Source: Octopus sinensis
Taxonomy: Eukaryota
Direction of reading: 5' to 3'
Length of the DNA stretch: 64,000 nt
Assembly: GCF_006345805.1 (NCBI RefSeq)
Contig: NC_043008.1
Coordinates: forward strand, 67,890,001 to 67,954,000
Positions 11,933 to 24,830 of the stretch are shown here, one piece after another. Under the pieces are notes generated by a model. It searched no databases, had not been told where the DNA came from, and saw only the letters and a list, made by a program, of their open reading frames with translations. A program made the position numbers and the translations under genes. How positions within the stretch are numbered: position 1 is the first letter of the stretch; each line of letters starts with the position of its first letter.

Positions 11933-12530
11933 GTCGTATCTGTTTTGTGGCCTTATTAAATAGGTGTTCCTTCCTTCTAACACCTTGTTAAGGATATACT
12001 TCATGTAAAAAGTTTTTCTTAATTATTTCTATACTTGTCTAACCGTAAGCGCTGCCTCAAAATCTTCTTGTCTGCATGTACCTTCGTAATTTTCGATCTA
12101 TTTTACCCATTGTGTTGCAAATAAGCGAATAAGTGCATTTTACAGCTTTACTTTGGGTCGCTGTCTGATATGCCACTTTTATTCATATAATTTGCTACAA
12201 GGACATTACACAGATGTAGCTGCGGGCTGGACATTACATTAATGAGATGAAATGATAAGCGAAATAGTGAAATTAATGAGAGAAGCGAATCGACGCCCGC
12301 CGATCGAAGCCCTTCGAGAACACTGTTCTTTTTTTTTCTTTTTTCTTTTTACTTTTAAAAACAAAAAAAAACACTCAAATGAGGTAATGAACCTCTTACA
12401 TTAACATAAATTGAGGCGCTAAGCCTCTTATCAATGATCCCCGATCACATCTCTTGCCGCCTGCAGGCAATCCCGCAACAGCAAGTCGGGGTCCAGGAAG
12501 AGATATGCCACTTGTTTCAAAACTAAACAT

Positions 12531-12946
12531 GTGGCTGTGTGGTAAGTAGCTTGCTTACCAACCACATGGTTCCGGGTTCATTCCCACTGCGTGGTACCTT
12601 GGGCAAGTGTCTTCTACTATAGCCTCGGGCCGACCAAAGCCTTGCGAGTGGATTTGGGGTAGACGGAAACTGAAAGAAGCCCATCGTATATATATGTGTG
12701 TGTGTTTGTGTGTGTGTGTGTGTGGTGTGTGTGTGTGTGTGTGTGTGTATTTGTTCCCCCAACATTGCTTGATAACCGATGGTGGTGTGTTTACGTCGCC
12801 GTAACTTAGCGGTTCGGCAAAAGAGACCGATAGAATAAGTACTAGGCTTCCAAAGAATAAGTCCTGGGGTCGTTTTGCTCGACTAAAGGTGGTGCTCCAG
12901 CATGGCCGCAGTCAAATGACTGAAACAAGTAAAAGAGTAAAAGAGT
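12531..12946 (+). mobile_element. SINE family B, full length
   Basis: GTGGCTGTGTGGTAAG head through the AAAAGAGTAAAAGAG tail. Confidence 0.9.
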
Positions 12947-13885
12947 ATCGGTAAACCCGCAATTTCACGTCATTTGGTACTATACTACTTAGAATAAAAA
13001 CTCTGACATGTTCCACTTCAAAACTATTCCGTGTAATCTTGCTAGGTGCTTTGATGACCATTTATTTTCATACTCACTTTTTATATTCCTTGTTTTACTA
13101 TTTCGTGGATATTTTCAGCTTATGAAAGACTATTAATATTTGAATTGTGTCGTGGACATGTTTTTTATTTGTTGAGAGGACATGAATGAGAGCTAGAATT
13201 TTACATTAGTATCCGGGTTCTTCCATGACAAATTTCAGGAAGCTGTTGAAAATGGGTGTGGAATAGTATGCAATCTTGTCTCTCAGACTAACGCATACTT
13301 CATGCCAATCCATCAGCTGACTACCTATGACCATGATACACAGGGTATTGCTCTATAGCATCTCTGTAATTTTCCTTATTTTCAAGTCTGTACTTATCGA
13401 TGTCGTTGCCTTATATAGGGTCTTCCGTCAGATCAAATCGCAGGCAAATTTAAAGAGGATGAAGTGAAAGGCGACTTAATGCATCTTTCTCTCTTCAGTT
13501 ATCTATTTAACCATCGAAGCACCTTTCATTGTGCCTCTTCTAAGTATAATACAAAATGACTCGTTGCTGTCACTTCTTCAGTTTTACTTTTCATTTCTTT
13601 GGAAAAAGATTCTAGTGAGAACTTTATCCGGTTTTGATGGGAGAAAAATCTTCCTGTAGGTTTCGAGTTTTGTTTATCCGCCCTATTTATATATTTATGG
13701 CGCCGATCCAGCATTTTGGCGCCTTTTCAGTTCTGGATATTCTATCTCTCTGGAATACATACATAAATACATACATACATACATACATACATACATACAT
13801 ACATACATACATACATACATACATGCGTACGTATAAGCATGTGTGTATCTGAGTGTGTGAGTGTGAGAGAGAGAGAGAGAGAGAG

Positions 13886-13970
<85 letters not shown>

Positions 13971-14085
13971 GTGTGTGTGTTTGTGTGTGTATTTGTGTAT
14001 TCGTGCAAACTTGGACGATTGAAGTTGAACGTGATAAAACTTTTCATGGCAAAAATAGTAGAAATAGTACACAAACATTCACATT

Positions 14086-14981
14086 TGTGGTCTGATCAAT
14101 AAGTATCTAGACTGTTGCCATAGTAACGAAACTAAAACATGCAGAGTGAAGCCGCTGGACACAGATTGATCTTGAACCCTGCTGTGCTTGTGCACCAAAT
14201 TTTAACATTCTAGCTCACTGTTGCTGTTTACAGCAGTGCTTGGAAGGAACGTATGTAGCGTGTAATCGTCGCATTGACAATGACAGAGAAAGTTGAGCTG
14301 AGAATCTGCATCTAATTTTGCCAAAAGTTTGGCCATACTTGCTTAGAGGACTACACAAAGTTTTCAAAAAGTTTTCATCATTCTTGACACAATCAAAGAG
14401 ATCTTGTGCAACTGAAACCTGGGTGTCTTTTTGGTCAGCTGAAAGCAGTTTTGGCAAAAACTTGGCAGATACACGTCTCATACCCAAATCTTCAGTGATA
14501 ATGGACTGAACTGAACCGTAATTAATCTGCATATCGTCTGATAACTAATGGATGGTGATTCGACGATTTCCCTTCAGAGCTGCGCGCACATCTGCGATGT
14601 TTTACTCTGTTCTACTGGCTGCAGGTCTCCCAGAACGTTCGTCAGTATCAACATTTTTTCGGCCATCTTGGAAACATCAGAACTACTCGTACACTTGTGT
14701 GCGGCTCGTACACTCCGCTCCATACACTTTCTGCAACTTTGCGTCGGCCTCTGAAGGAGGTATCGATATGACAACTTTCTCTGTCATGGTCAATGCGACG
14801 ATCACACGCTACACTCGTTCCTTCCAAGCACTGCTGTAAACCGCAAAAGTGAGCTAGAACGTTAAAACGTTGTGCGTATGCACAGTAGACTTCAAGGTCA
14901 ATTTGTTCCAAGCGGCTTTACTCTGCGTGCTTTAACCTCGTTACTATGGCAACAGTCCGAATACTTATTGATCAGACCTCA
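14086..14981 (-). mobile_element. Mariner-family internal-deletion derivative with both TIRs
   Basis: TIR TG(A/T)GGTCTGATCAATAAGTAT at both ends, TA at 14982-14983; HTH region QSIITEDLGMRRVSAKFLPKLLSADQK (ORF 14215-14532); catalytic domain absent. Confidence 0.9.
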
Positions 14982-15733
14982 TATGTGTGCTCGGGAGCAC
15001 GCGTGTACATCCGCTTGTTTGTAAATTTTGTCTACAAGGATGTTTGTGCGAATATATTATTTATTAAGAAGTTAGGTTAAGAAGTTTACTTTGTTGCCAC
15101 GTGATAATGGATTCTATCCCACAGCGGCTTCGAGTCGACCGAAGCCTTAAAACTGAAACTGAGTAGACAGAAACTTCGTAAGCTCGCTGTGTTGTTTACA
15201 GTAGATGTAAACATTCCTGCGGTTCACATGCATACATGTAAGCATACGCACACATACGCATGGACACATACATACATACGTACATACATACATACATACA
15301 TACATACATACATACATACATACATACACACACACAAAAAGGAGTTTGCAAATTCAGAACCCAAGAGCCACTTCCAGCTTCATACTTATTATTTTTAGAG
15401 CAACAGGATACGTATCAAGCCGTCTGGAGAAAAGTATCGCTTAACTTGGGTTCTTGGGGGAAAATGCAAATCCTTGATTGAAGCACTACACATGATCACA
15501 ATATCTAGGACTAAAAAAATCTGTAAGACCTTAAGATGATGAACAAGATGCTTTCGTTTATAACCTTGCTACCAAACGGGTGGCGGGTCAAACTTCATTC
15601 TAAATTGAAAAGAGAAAGTGAACGTGGGTGTGTATTATTAAGGTGGTTATTTACAATTTAAAAACCAGAAGGCACAGGTTCAATTGTCACTAAAGTGCTG
15701 ATTTTCATCCTTAGTCACTTTAGTGAAGATTGT

Positions 15734-16031
15734 TTGTTTTTTCTTTTGCATCCTTTTCAAGCCTAGCCAGGCTCATGGACCCGGTTTCCTGGTTTCTGTG
15801 GCGTATATGTCCCCCGCAGCTTGACGGGACGCCAAGAAACAGGAAGAAAGAGTGAGAGAAAGTTGGGGCGAAAGAGTACAACTGGGGTTGCCACCACTCC
15901 CTGCCAGAGCCTCGTGGAGCTTTAGGTGTTTTCGCTCAATAAACACACACAACGCCCCGGTCAGGGAATCGAAACTGCGATCCTCTGACCGCGAGTCCGC
16001 TGCCCTAACCACTGAACCATTGCGCCTCCAC
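15734..16031 (-). mobile_element. SINE family C, chimeric (head/body type 2 with tail type 1)
   Basis: TSD AGTGAAGATTGT at 15722-15733 and 16032-16043; head as at 52444, tail as at 16401. Confidence 0.9.
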
Positions 16032-16184
16032 AGTGAAGATTGTACTTGTGCCTTTTGATTTTTAAACAGCTAATAACCACCTTAATAATTAATAATTTTC
16101 ACTTTACCATTTTACCGAATCAGCCATTAATTCCTATGGTATTTTCTATAAACTGCCATGGCGAGTTCAATTTAACCCTAGGCA

Positions 16185-16236
16185 AGTGTCACTGATGAGG
16201 CTTAATTCTATCCGAAATTATTGATGATCTGCCACT
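16185..16236 (+). ncRNA. Type-I hammerhead ribozyme motif (PLE-type)
   Basis: AGTGTCA-CTGATGA(16192-16198)-GGCT..ATCC-GAAA(16214-16217)-TTATTGATGA-TC-TGCCACT; stem I 6/7 bp; AUC cleavage triplet. Confidence 0.7.
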
Positions 16237-16400
16237 CCTCGTTTGCTGTAGGAAAGTTGTCACCCTTGTCAATCAACAGATAAGTGCTTTGCCCGTGGCT
16301 AAGAGTTGTTTTGACTCTTATTTCTAGCAATGCTGGTATTGATTTGCACCCTTAGCCACTTTAGTGACGATTGCATATGTGTGCATATATATATGTGTGT

Positions 16401-16658
16401 GTGGAGGCGCGTGGCTTAGTGGCTAGAGTGTCAGCACTATGATCGTAAATATTGTGGTTTCGATTCCTGGACCGGGCGACGCGTTGTGTTCTTGAGCAAA
16501 ACACTTCATTTCACGTTGCTCCAGTTCACTCTGCTGGCAAAAATGAGTAACGCTGCGATGGACTGGCGTCCCATCCAGCTGGGGAACACATACGCCATAG
16601 AAACCGGGAAACTGGGCCCATGAGCCTAGCTAGGCTTTAAAAGGGCGCATTTATTTAT
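16401..16658 (+). mobile_element. SINE family C (tail type 1), full length
   Basis: A-box TGGCTTAGTGG, B-box GGTTTCGATTCC, CTTGAGCAAAACAC body, GCGATGGACTGGCGTCCCATCCAG domain, (ATTT)n tail. Confidence 0.9.
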
Positions 16659-16729
16659 TATATATATATATGCGCACACGCACATACATACACACATGTA
16701 TGTACATAGTTCAAAAAATTACCTAAAAA

Positions 16730-16880
16730 AATACAGAAACAAGAGAAATAACAATAGAGTATATTAGCTTAACATTCAGGAAGAATAGAAGTCTTTATCG
16801 CTTCCGGCTTACGCTCTTCTGCAGAAAGGAAAGAGGAGAGAAAACAAATGGGGAGAGACAACATGTTTGAAGCAAAATAT
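16730..16880 (-). mobile_element. Penelope-like terminal fragment with a degenerate variant hammerhead (16793-16828)
   Basis: Minus strand CTTT-CTGCAGA-AGAGCGTAAGCC-GGAA; homologous to 8771 and 42087. Confidence 0.5.
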
Positions 16881-18082
16881 GTCGGAATTAACGGTGCTAC
16901 ACGTTGAATTGACTGGAAGGAAGTGGCTGGAGACGTGTGTTCCAAGGTAGACAACAGTGACCCTGCAAAAGTGTGTGTGCGCAAACACATGTATGTATGT
17001 ATGTATGTATGTATGTATGTATGTATGTATGTATGTATGTATGTATCTATGTATGTATGTATGTATGCATGCATGTATGCATGTTTGTATGAGCCGCTAC
17101 TTCACATTGAGAGGTCACAGCCCCGGTACTTAGGACGTCATAAGAATATCGCAGGAGAGAATCGCAAGAGGGTTTCTTCAACCCGAGCTAACCACATGAT
17201 ACCTAAAGGTAGACCAAGAACGAGATGTATTGAGAATATCCTTTGTTTCAGTTGGTCGTGCTTTATAATCTTTCTAGAAAGTCTATAGGGTGTTATAGAG
17301 GACGTACCTGACATTTGTTTTCTCTTCTCTTTCCTTTACACCCACGACCCTCCCATTACATTATGGGATAAAATCCTGCCGAACTTGTCTTTGACTTTTT
17401 ATACCTTCTGGGTCGAAAAATAACGCATCAATCAAGTACTGGTGTCGGTGTGATCAATTATTCCCCTCCTGTCAAAACTACAGCCTTGCATCAAAAGTAG
17501 AAAGCATATTATCAGTTTATGAAGATTAGCATCAAATTGTTTGGGTTTCGTATTCCTACCCTTCTCTCAGCATGCGCCTATTCTCATTTTTCTTTCTTTC
17601 TTTTCTATGTAAAAGACACAGTGTGCACTCCTTCTTGACTGTCTGCACTCAATAAAAAGAGATTGGAATAAGTTCTGCTCAAATTCCTCTTAAAACAAAT
17701 TCTTTATGCTGGTTATTCAGTGATAAAGTTTTTTGGGGATTTTTTTTTTTTACATTTTTTTTTTACTATAGTTTTCTGATGAAATCCAGGTGACAGAAAT
17801 GAGGAAACAGATGATACGGGACACTTGTTTACTCAATGCTCAAATGTTGTTCTCCGGGGAAAATTCGTCATCATCAGCATATGCATACACACACACACAT
17901 ACATAAATACATACACACACACACACATATATACACATATATATTTATATGTATACGTATATGTATATAAGTATTATGTATGTGTGTGAGTATATATATA
18001 TATATCTTCCTTGTATATATATATATACATACATACAAACTTATATACGTGTATGTATGTATGTATGTATGTATGCATATAT

Positions 18083-18116
<34 letters not shown>

Positions 18117-19438
18117 ATATATATATGTATATCTGTATGTAGCCTCATGTATGTGTATAAGTGTGTGTATGTCAGTGTGTATCCTGGAAGCACTTTCAGT
18201 TCTGTTCAAGACAAGGAGTGTTTATCAGCACCAACCGTTCATGGTGTGAAGTGTGCGTTGAGATTGTAATAATCCATTGTTGTCTGAGGAGCCTTTATAA
18301 GTGGGAAGAAGAGGATGCACGTGCATGAGTTCCTGTGTGTGTGTATACACACACACACACACACACACACCAACTGGGTATCCTGTCGTTGCCTTGGCAC
18401 CTTTTCGGAATAGCACGCCCACATAGGTTGGATTTTCTTCGTTTTCACGGAAATTTTTCAAATTTTTTCCCCACATCCTTGCAAATGAAGAGGGGAAGTT
18501 TTTTTTTTATAAAAAAATATTTGTGAAAATTTATTCCGGAACGATTTTGTTCAACTTTTTTTTTCCAGTACGCACTTTAAAACAAAGAGAAACATTTTCC
18601 GGTTAAAAAATTTCTCAAAATTTATGAATTTTTTCAAATACCCCCTCCTCCACTCAGTACTGATTTTGACCATTTGTTTTTTTAACTACGCACATAAAAA
18701 TGATGAGAGAAGCCTTGAAGATTAAAAAAAAGAAATTGGAAATCAGCGCTCATCATTATAATCCTCACTTCCTCTATTTTCAAACCAAAAAATGAAACGC
18801 AATTTAAAACAATAGTGAAATTGTTTATTCATTTTCCATTAACATCGCTTCCTCATAAATCCGAAAATTTCTGCATTTTTTTTTTTTTTTCGAAATTCTT
18901 TTCATTCATAGTTTTAAAATACGAATAGTCTGAATCTCCAATTAGTTTATTTCAAATTATTTTTCAGACGAAAAAGTGTATAATTTAAGGGAGATTTAGC
19001 TGTTGTTTCTAACACATCTCATGATCACCTGGTATCTTCCTCGTTTCTTTGTCACATGTATGGATGTCTTTTAAATATTTTCTCCCCATTTATTATTTAG
19101 TATACTGGTGTATTTTGTCACACAGAATCCGAGTTTGCGATTGATATATTCCAGGAAAAATTTAGAAAAATGCTACAGAGGTTTAAAGCTTAATTATGTT
19201 TTATCCAATCAGAAAACAAGATTTGTATGTTATAGATGTGTTAAAATGTAAATAAACATAAGAAATCAAAGTTTTAAACAAAATGACAGTAATGCGTGAG
19301 GGATAATATATATACACAGAGAAAAAGTGATGAAAAGTGTGGTAAATCATAGTGAGAGAGCGAGATCGACGTGACAGATAGAAAGTAGGAGATTTGTAAA
19401 TCTAAAAGTTGAGATTTTTCTCGTAGAAAATTATATAT

Positions 19439-19669
19439 ATTTCTTTACTACCCACAAGGGGCTAGACACAGAGAGGTCAAACAAGGACAGACAAACGGAT
19501 TAAGTCGAATACATCAACCCCAGTGCGTAACTGGTACTTAATTTATCGACCCCCAAAGGATGAAAGGCAAAGTCGACCTCGGCGGAATTTGAACTCAGTA
19601 CGTAGCGACGGGCGAAATACCTCTAAGCATTTTGTCCAGTGTGCTAACGTTTCTGCCAGCTCGCCGCCT
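19439..19669 (-). mobile_element. SINE family A (B1)
   Basis: Reverse complement of the 3936 sequence; ends AAAGAAATA in a (TA)n run. Confidence 0.9.
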
Positions 19670-19814
19670 TGTAGAAAATTATATAGTTCCCATCAGTATT
19701 CTATTCGTGACGCCGATTTCGAAAATGAAATTCGTTTCTTCTCGAGGACGCACCGTTTCAGTTTTCGGGGATAAGCACTCATATATAACTACATACAGTA
19801 GTCGCATTTATATA

Positions 19815-19965
19815 GTATATGACGGAGTGCTGAAAATTTCCTGGCTTTGGGGAAAAGAAGATACAGGAGGATTAGTTAATTATGATTTTATGCAACATAT
19901 TTACCTCTCAGATTCACACACTTACTGCAGCAGTCATTCAGTTTTTCTAAGCCCTGTAAAAACCA
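19815..19965 (+). mobile_element. Mariner left-end fragment
   Basis: TA-TGACGGAGTGCTGAAAATTTCCTGG resembles a mariner TIR (TACGAGGGxxxCTGAAAAGTTC). Confidence 0.5.
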
Positions 19966-19969
19966 TTCC

Positions 19970-20003
<34 letters not shown>

Positions 20004-20006
<3 letters not shown>

Positions 20007-20235
20007 GATGACCCAAAAGTAGGTTTACAGTTATCACGTAGGCACTTAATTTCTTTTAAAACATTTTATTACGTTTAAATTTCTATCTTACAAACTGAAA
20101 ACGGGGCTTGACAAAATTAACTAAATTAGCATAGAATAATGGTTTCATATGTTTTATAATTAAGATCTAACTTGTTAATATATGAATGCGAAAGAGACAG
20201 TTGAATAACTGTAAACCTACTTTTGAGCCACCATG
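20004..20235. mobile_element. Tc1/mariner-type MITE
   Basis: TIRs CAGGATGACCCAAAAGTAGGTTTACAGTTAT and ATAACTGTAAACCTACTTTTTGAGCCACCATG, flanked by TA on both sides. Confidence 0.85.
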
Positions 20236-20334
20236 TATATATATCTATATATATATATATATATATAAATTTATTTTTATCTACATATATATATTGTTGA
20301 CGTCATAAGAATTTTCAAACTTTGGAAGTTTGCT

Positions 20335-20700
20335 TTCGAACAAGTGCACATCGGAAAAGAAAGTAGCGAACCGATTAAGAGTGGCTTCCACCACATTTGG
20401 TGGACTCGCGAAAAGGATCTTTAAGAACAATCAAGCAAAATGGAGTGTCTACCAAGCAGACGTGATCTCTACTTTCCTCTAGGATTGTGAAACCTGGACT
20501 CTTTACCGAAGTGACATCAAACAACTAGAGCGATTTCACCAACAGAAGCTCCACTCTATTATGAATATCAAATGGAATGACTATGTGACTGATGTCTCCA
20601 TCCTGCAGAGAATGAAAAGCAGCAGCATTGAGGCCACCATCCTAAAACATCGTCTGAGATGGGTGAGCCACGTAGCAAGAATTAAAGGGACCAGATTCAG
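20335..20700 (+). pseudogene. RTE-clade LINE fragment (post-RT region)
   Basis: CETWTLYRSDIKQLERFHQQKLHSIMNIKWNDYVTDVSILQRMKSSSIEATILKHRLRWVSHVAR, typical of RTE/BovB-like ORFs. Confidence 0.85.
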
Positions 20701-20744
20701 CTAGTTTCCTTGAATGTTTCCTAACCCAGGATGAGTGTTGGGTT

Positions 20745-21216
20745 CATCAATTTGAGCCAGAGACAAAGAGACAATCCATGCTATGGAAACACCCACATTC
20801 ACCTGCTCTAAAGAAGGTCATGGTGAAGATGATAACCTCAGTTTTGTTGGGTGCAAAAGGCACTGTGATTATTACTCAAAAGAGTCGAGGAAATTACGAA
20901 AAGTTATCAAGACCAAACGGCCAGGAAAACTGGGGAAAGGGAATTTTGCATCATAAGAACAATGCTCCAGTACAAAAATGGCTGCCATGCGTGACTGTGT
21001 CTTTTAACTGGTTGATTCTCTTGGTTTGGTCCTATCTGATTATGACGTATTTGACAAACAGGGTGAAAGCGTCTTCACCAATGGGATCTAAGCACTACAA
21101 CACCGGTGGAAGAAGTGTGTGGACCGTAAGGAGGACTATGTTGAAAAATAAACCCCATTTGGTCACATTCCATGAAAGTATCTTGATCATTCTATGAACT
21201 TTTCAGCCGATTCTCG
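20745..21216 (+). mobile_element. Mariner transposase 3' fragment with right TIR
   Basis: WKHPHSPALKK and ILHHKNNAP (second catalytic D region) in ORF 20778-21197; GAACTTTTCAGCCGATTCTCG-TA terminus. Confidence 0.85.
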
Positions 21217-21995
21217 TATATTGTGGACACACTTACACACAAAGCGTACATACATCCACACACACATACACAAACACACATACGTACACATACACACACA
21301 CATACATACACACACACACACGTTGTAGTTCTATATCAAAAGGAAAGAATCATACTCGTGTTCTAAAGAACCCTCCACACTTATTACATCAACGCAAGTA
21401 TATTCACAAACACTCATGCATTTGGGTACACACACACATGCAAACTCACTACAAATATTCACAAATGTCTGGAATTGTTTGGAAACAAAGAAGCATTGTC
21501 ACTTACTTAGAAACTGATTTGGATTCCACGAAATCTCAAAGGAAAAAGCATGTATTAATATAGATAAGAGCGTGAAGAGAAGAACGATATGTGCCGTATC
21601 ATTTGAGGTAAACATCTAGTGTTTCGGCAACCTCTCTCCCTTTTCCTATTTTAGCTACTTTGCATTTAGATAAAGCACGATTATTAGAACCACCATTTCC
21701 AAAACTAATAATGATAATAGGAAATAACGTCCATTGATAAATACATCTATGCTAAGTTCCGTTAACCGATAGCAATGAAATCGACTGCGACTAGCTTTGG
21801 GTTTGAAATATTTAATTATTATTATTATTATTATTATTATTCGTCGTCGTCATCGTCATCGTCGTCGTCGTCGTCTTTTTCGGCAAATAGGGGACGGGAG
21901 TATCTTGAAGATGACCCAAGGTCTCGATGTCTTGCAGCTGCCACCTCAAGGAAAACATTGGTCGAGTTCACCACATGGTGATGGATGGCAGGTGA

Positions 21996-22046
21996 TCTAT
22001 ACATATAAAATTCATTCTGTGTGTGTATGTATGTGTGTGTGTGTGT

Positions 22047-22083
<37 letters not shown>

Positions 22084-22690
22084 TGTGTGTGTGTGTGTGT
22101 GTCTGTGTGTGTGTCTGTGTGTTTGTGTGTGTATCTAGTGTGTGTCCTCTATGCACGGCTAAACTGCCGGATCAATCTGTACCAAATTTGGTATGAAGTT
22201 TTTTCATTACTCGGGGAAGGCTCTAAGGGAGTCAAATTTTGACCCTTACCGTATATAGGGTGTTGTAGCCCCTCCCCTCATACGACCCTTCCGATTTTGT
22301 TTTGTTTTTTTTTCAGCGGATTCCTGTTTACGCTGACGAAGATTCCGAATATGCAAAATACCATGTTTTCAAAATTTTTTATTACCCACTCCTCTCAAAT
22401 TTTAATTTTTTTTTCAACCTACGTGGGAAAATACGATTAAGAATATAGAAAAAAAATTCATTTCAAATTTCCTATGAAGAACTCCAAAATTGATCCATAC
22501 ACCCCACGCTACACCATCCCGTTGTCTAAAATTAAAAATGAACTGGTAAAAATAACAACTAAATGTCTGGAAAATTTCTGTGTCTGTGTGCGCGCGCGCT
22601 ACAATTTCTGCATCTTATGCGAATGAACAGGGGAAGTTAACAGAAATATATTTTATATACCTGTCGAATACGTCGGTTTTGCTTTTTCGC
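21996..22690 (+). mobile_element. Probable non-autonomous Helitron
   Basis: A|TCTATACATATAAAA 5' end followed by a (GT/CTGT)n tract; the 3' hairpin and CTRR are degenerate and not clearly located. Confidence 0.45.
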
Positions 22691-23237
22691 TTTAAAGTTA
22701 AACGATTCTAATAGAAGCAAACTGGATTTGAATAACTCTCCGTCATACATCTACAATGTAATAGCAGTTTTGAATAAAAACCTCGAAATACTGAGGTTCT
22801 CCAAGAAAGAACAAAGACAACTTAATCGCTTTCTGCAAATACAATAAATTTATACTTCATGAAAGTTTCCAACTTTATATAGCAAACTTACATACGCACA
22901 TACATAAACAGTAATGAAAGACACACTTGTACTTCAAAGAGACATGTGCACCCAATACATGAATGCAATCATAACCACATATGCATCCGCTAATATACGC
23001 ACATAAACTCACAATATTCACAATTTTTTTGAACTGTCTTGAGTCAAACAAAAATGTCTGGTCATTTCGTTAGTGATTTGGTTGAATATTATGAAGAACT
23101 TAACCAAATATCAAGAGGAAAACACATATACACACACAAACATACATATCAATATACATACATGCATATGTACTTACATAATATATGCACGCATGCATAT
23201 ATACATACACAGAGACATGCATGCTTACACATACACA

Positions 23238-23274
<37 letters not shown>

Positions 23275-23278
<4 letters not shown>

Positions 23279-23580
23279 AGGCGCAATGGCCTAGTGGTTA
23301 GGGCAGCGGACTCGCAGTCGTAGGATCGTGGTTTCGATTCCCAGACCGGGCGTTGTGTGTGTTTATTGAGCGAAAACATCTAAAAGCTCCAGGAGGCTCC
23401 GGCAGGGGGTGGTGATCCCTGCTGTACTCTTTCACAACTCTTTCTCTCACTCTTTCTTCTTTTGGTCTGCTCGCTTAGCCAGCGGGCTGGCGTCATTCGA
23501 AGGCTAAAACAATGCGAACGCATTGTGACCAGCGATGTGTAGCAACATCTGATGGTCTGGTCGGTCACGTGATCACGTGT
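23275..23580 (+). mobile_element. SINE family C (head/body type 2 with tail type 3)
   Basis: Same head and body as 52444 up to the CTCTCACTCTTTCTT tract, then an unrelated tail GCTCGCTTAGCCAGCG...GGTCACGTGATCACGTG. Confidence 0.85.
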
Positions 23581-23715
23581 GATATATATATATATATATA
23601 CACACACTCATACACACAAAAACACATACAAGAATACATGCGTACAATACATACAACATATACATGCAGGCAATCATGCCATACAAACACTGTATATAGA
23701 TAATACATACATACA

Positions 23716-23768
<53 letters not shown>

Positions 23769-24232
23769 TACGTAAATACATACATACATAAAAACATGCA
23801 TAGATATATCCCTTTTTAAACAATCACATCCGCTAGCAATATTTGCACTAAACTCCTTTCCTGTCAGCTGTGAAAGCTAACACCATTTTCAGTTCCTATC
23901 TGCATCTTTCTCCAAATATTTGACTCAATACAAAATCTAGAATTCGCCCACCCTTTCTCCAAAATGTACCAGTCGGTGCACTCATGTGATCCTAGAACTG
24001 TTCTGTTGTATTTTAAACATTGTAAAGTGTTACAGTGACAACTTATATGCCAAAATGTGAAATTTTAATAGTCAACTCACTGTCTAGTCACTCACTGTGG
24101 TCTTTCGTCAACCACTTCGAAAGACCGGGCATCAAGCCTTACATGCTTTCCTTCGTCATCCTCTTGCGCAGGCTCGTTCCACACAGATTACTGGACAATT
24201 CTTTACCTGTCATACTTCAAATGCACCACATA

Positions 24233-24830
24233 TAATTCTTTATTGCCCACAAGGGGCTAAACATAGAGGGGACAAACAAGGACAGACAAACGAATTAAGT
24301 CGATTATATTGACTCCAGTTCGTAACTGGTACTTATTTAATCGACCCCGAGAGGATGAAAGGCAAAGTCGACCTCGGCGGAATTTGAACTCAGAACGTAG
24401 CGGCAGACGAAATACCTATTTCTTTATTATCTACAAGGGGCTAAACATAGAGGGGACAAACAAGGACAGACATAGGTATTAAGTCGATTACATCGACCTC
24501 CAGTGCGTAACTGGTACTTAATTTATCCACCCCGAGAGGATGAAAGGCAAAGTCGACCTCGGCGAAATTTGAACTCAGGACGTAGCGGCAGACGAAATAC
24601 CTATTTCTTTCCTACCCACAAGGGGCTAAACACAGAGAGGACAAACAAGGACATACAAAACGGTTTAAGTCGATTATATCGACCCCAGTGCGTAACTGGT
24701 ACTTATTTCATCGACCCCGAGAGGATGAAAGGCAAAGTCGACCTCGGCGGAATTTGAACTCAGAACGTAGCGGCAGATGAAATACCGCTAAACATTTTGC
24801 CCGGCGTGCTAACGATTCTGCTAGCTCGCC
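24233..24830 (-). mobile_element. SINE family A multimer: one head plus three ~185-bp B1 modules
   Basis: Single TSD TCAAATGCACCACATA at 24217-24232 and 24831-24846; junctions at 24416/24417 and 24601/24602. Confidence 0.9.

Larger units (their letters stand above)
15540..16378 (+). mobile_element. Penelope-like pseudo-LTR remnant (inverted 5' arm plus direct repeat), interrupted by a SINE
   Basis: 15640-15700 is the reverse complement of ~15715-15733 joined to 16044-16090; CCTTAG(T/C)CACTTTAGTGA(A/C)GATTG is repeated at ~15709 and ~16350; contains a hammerhead motif. Confidence 0.6.

Noticed and set aside
13548-13580. Minus-strand CTGAAGA followed by a 6-bp stem (AGTGAC/GTCATT)
   Set aside because: No GAAA after the stem and no stem III or stem I; not a hammerhead.
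17770-17880. Two opposed CTGATGA words with GAAA nearby
   Set aside because: No consistent stem I, II and III pairing could be built.
18380-18960. AT-rich segment resembling a DNA-transposon end
   Set aside because: No partner TIR or TSD found in the window.
24233-24830. Regularly spaced direct repeats suggesting a CRISPR array
   Set aside because: Units are ~185-bp SINE modules without unique spacers; eukaryotic context; no cas genes.
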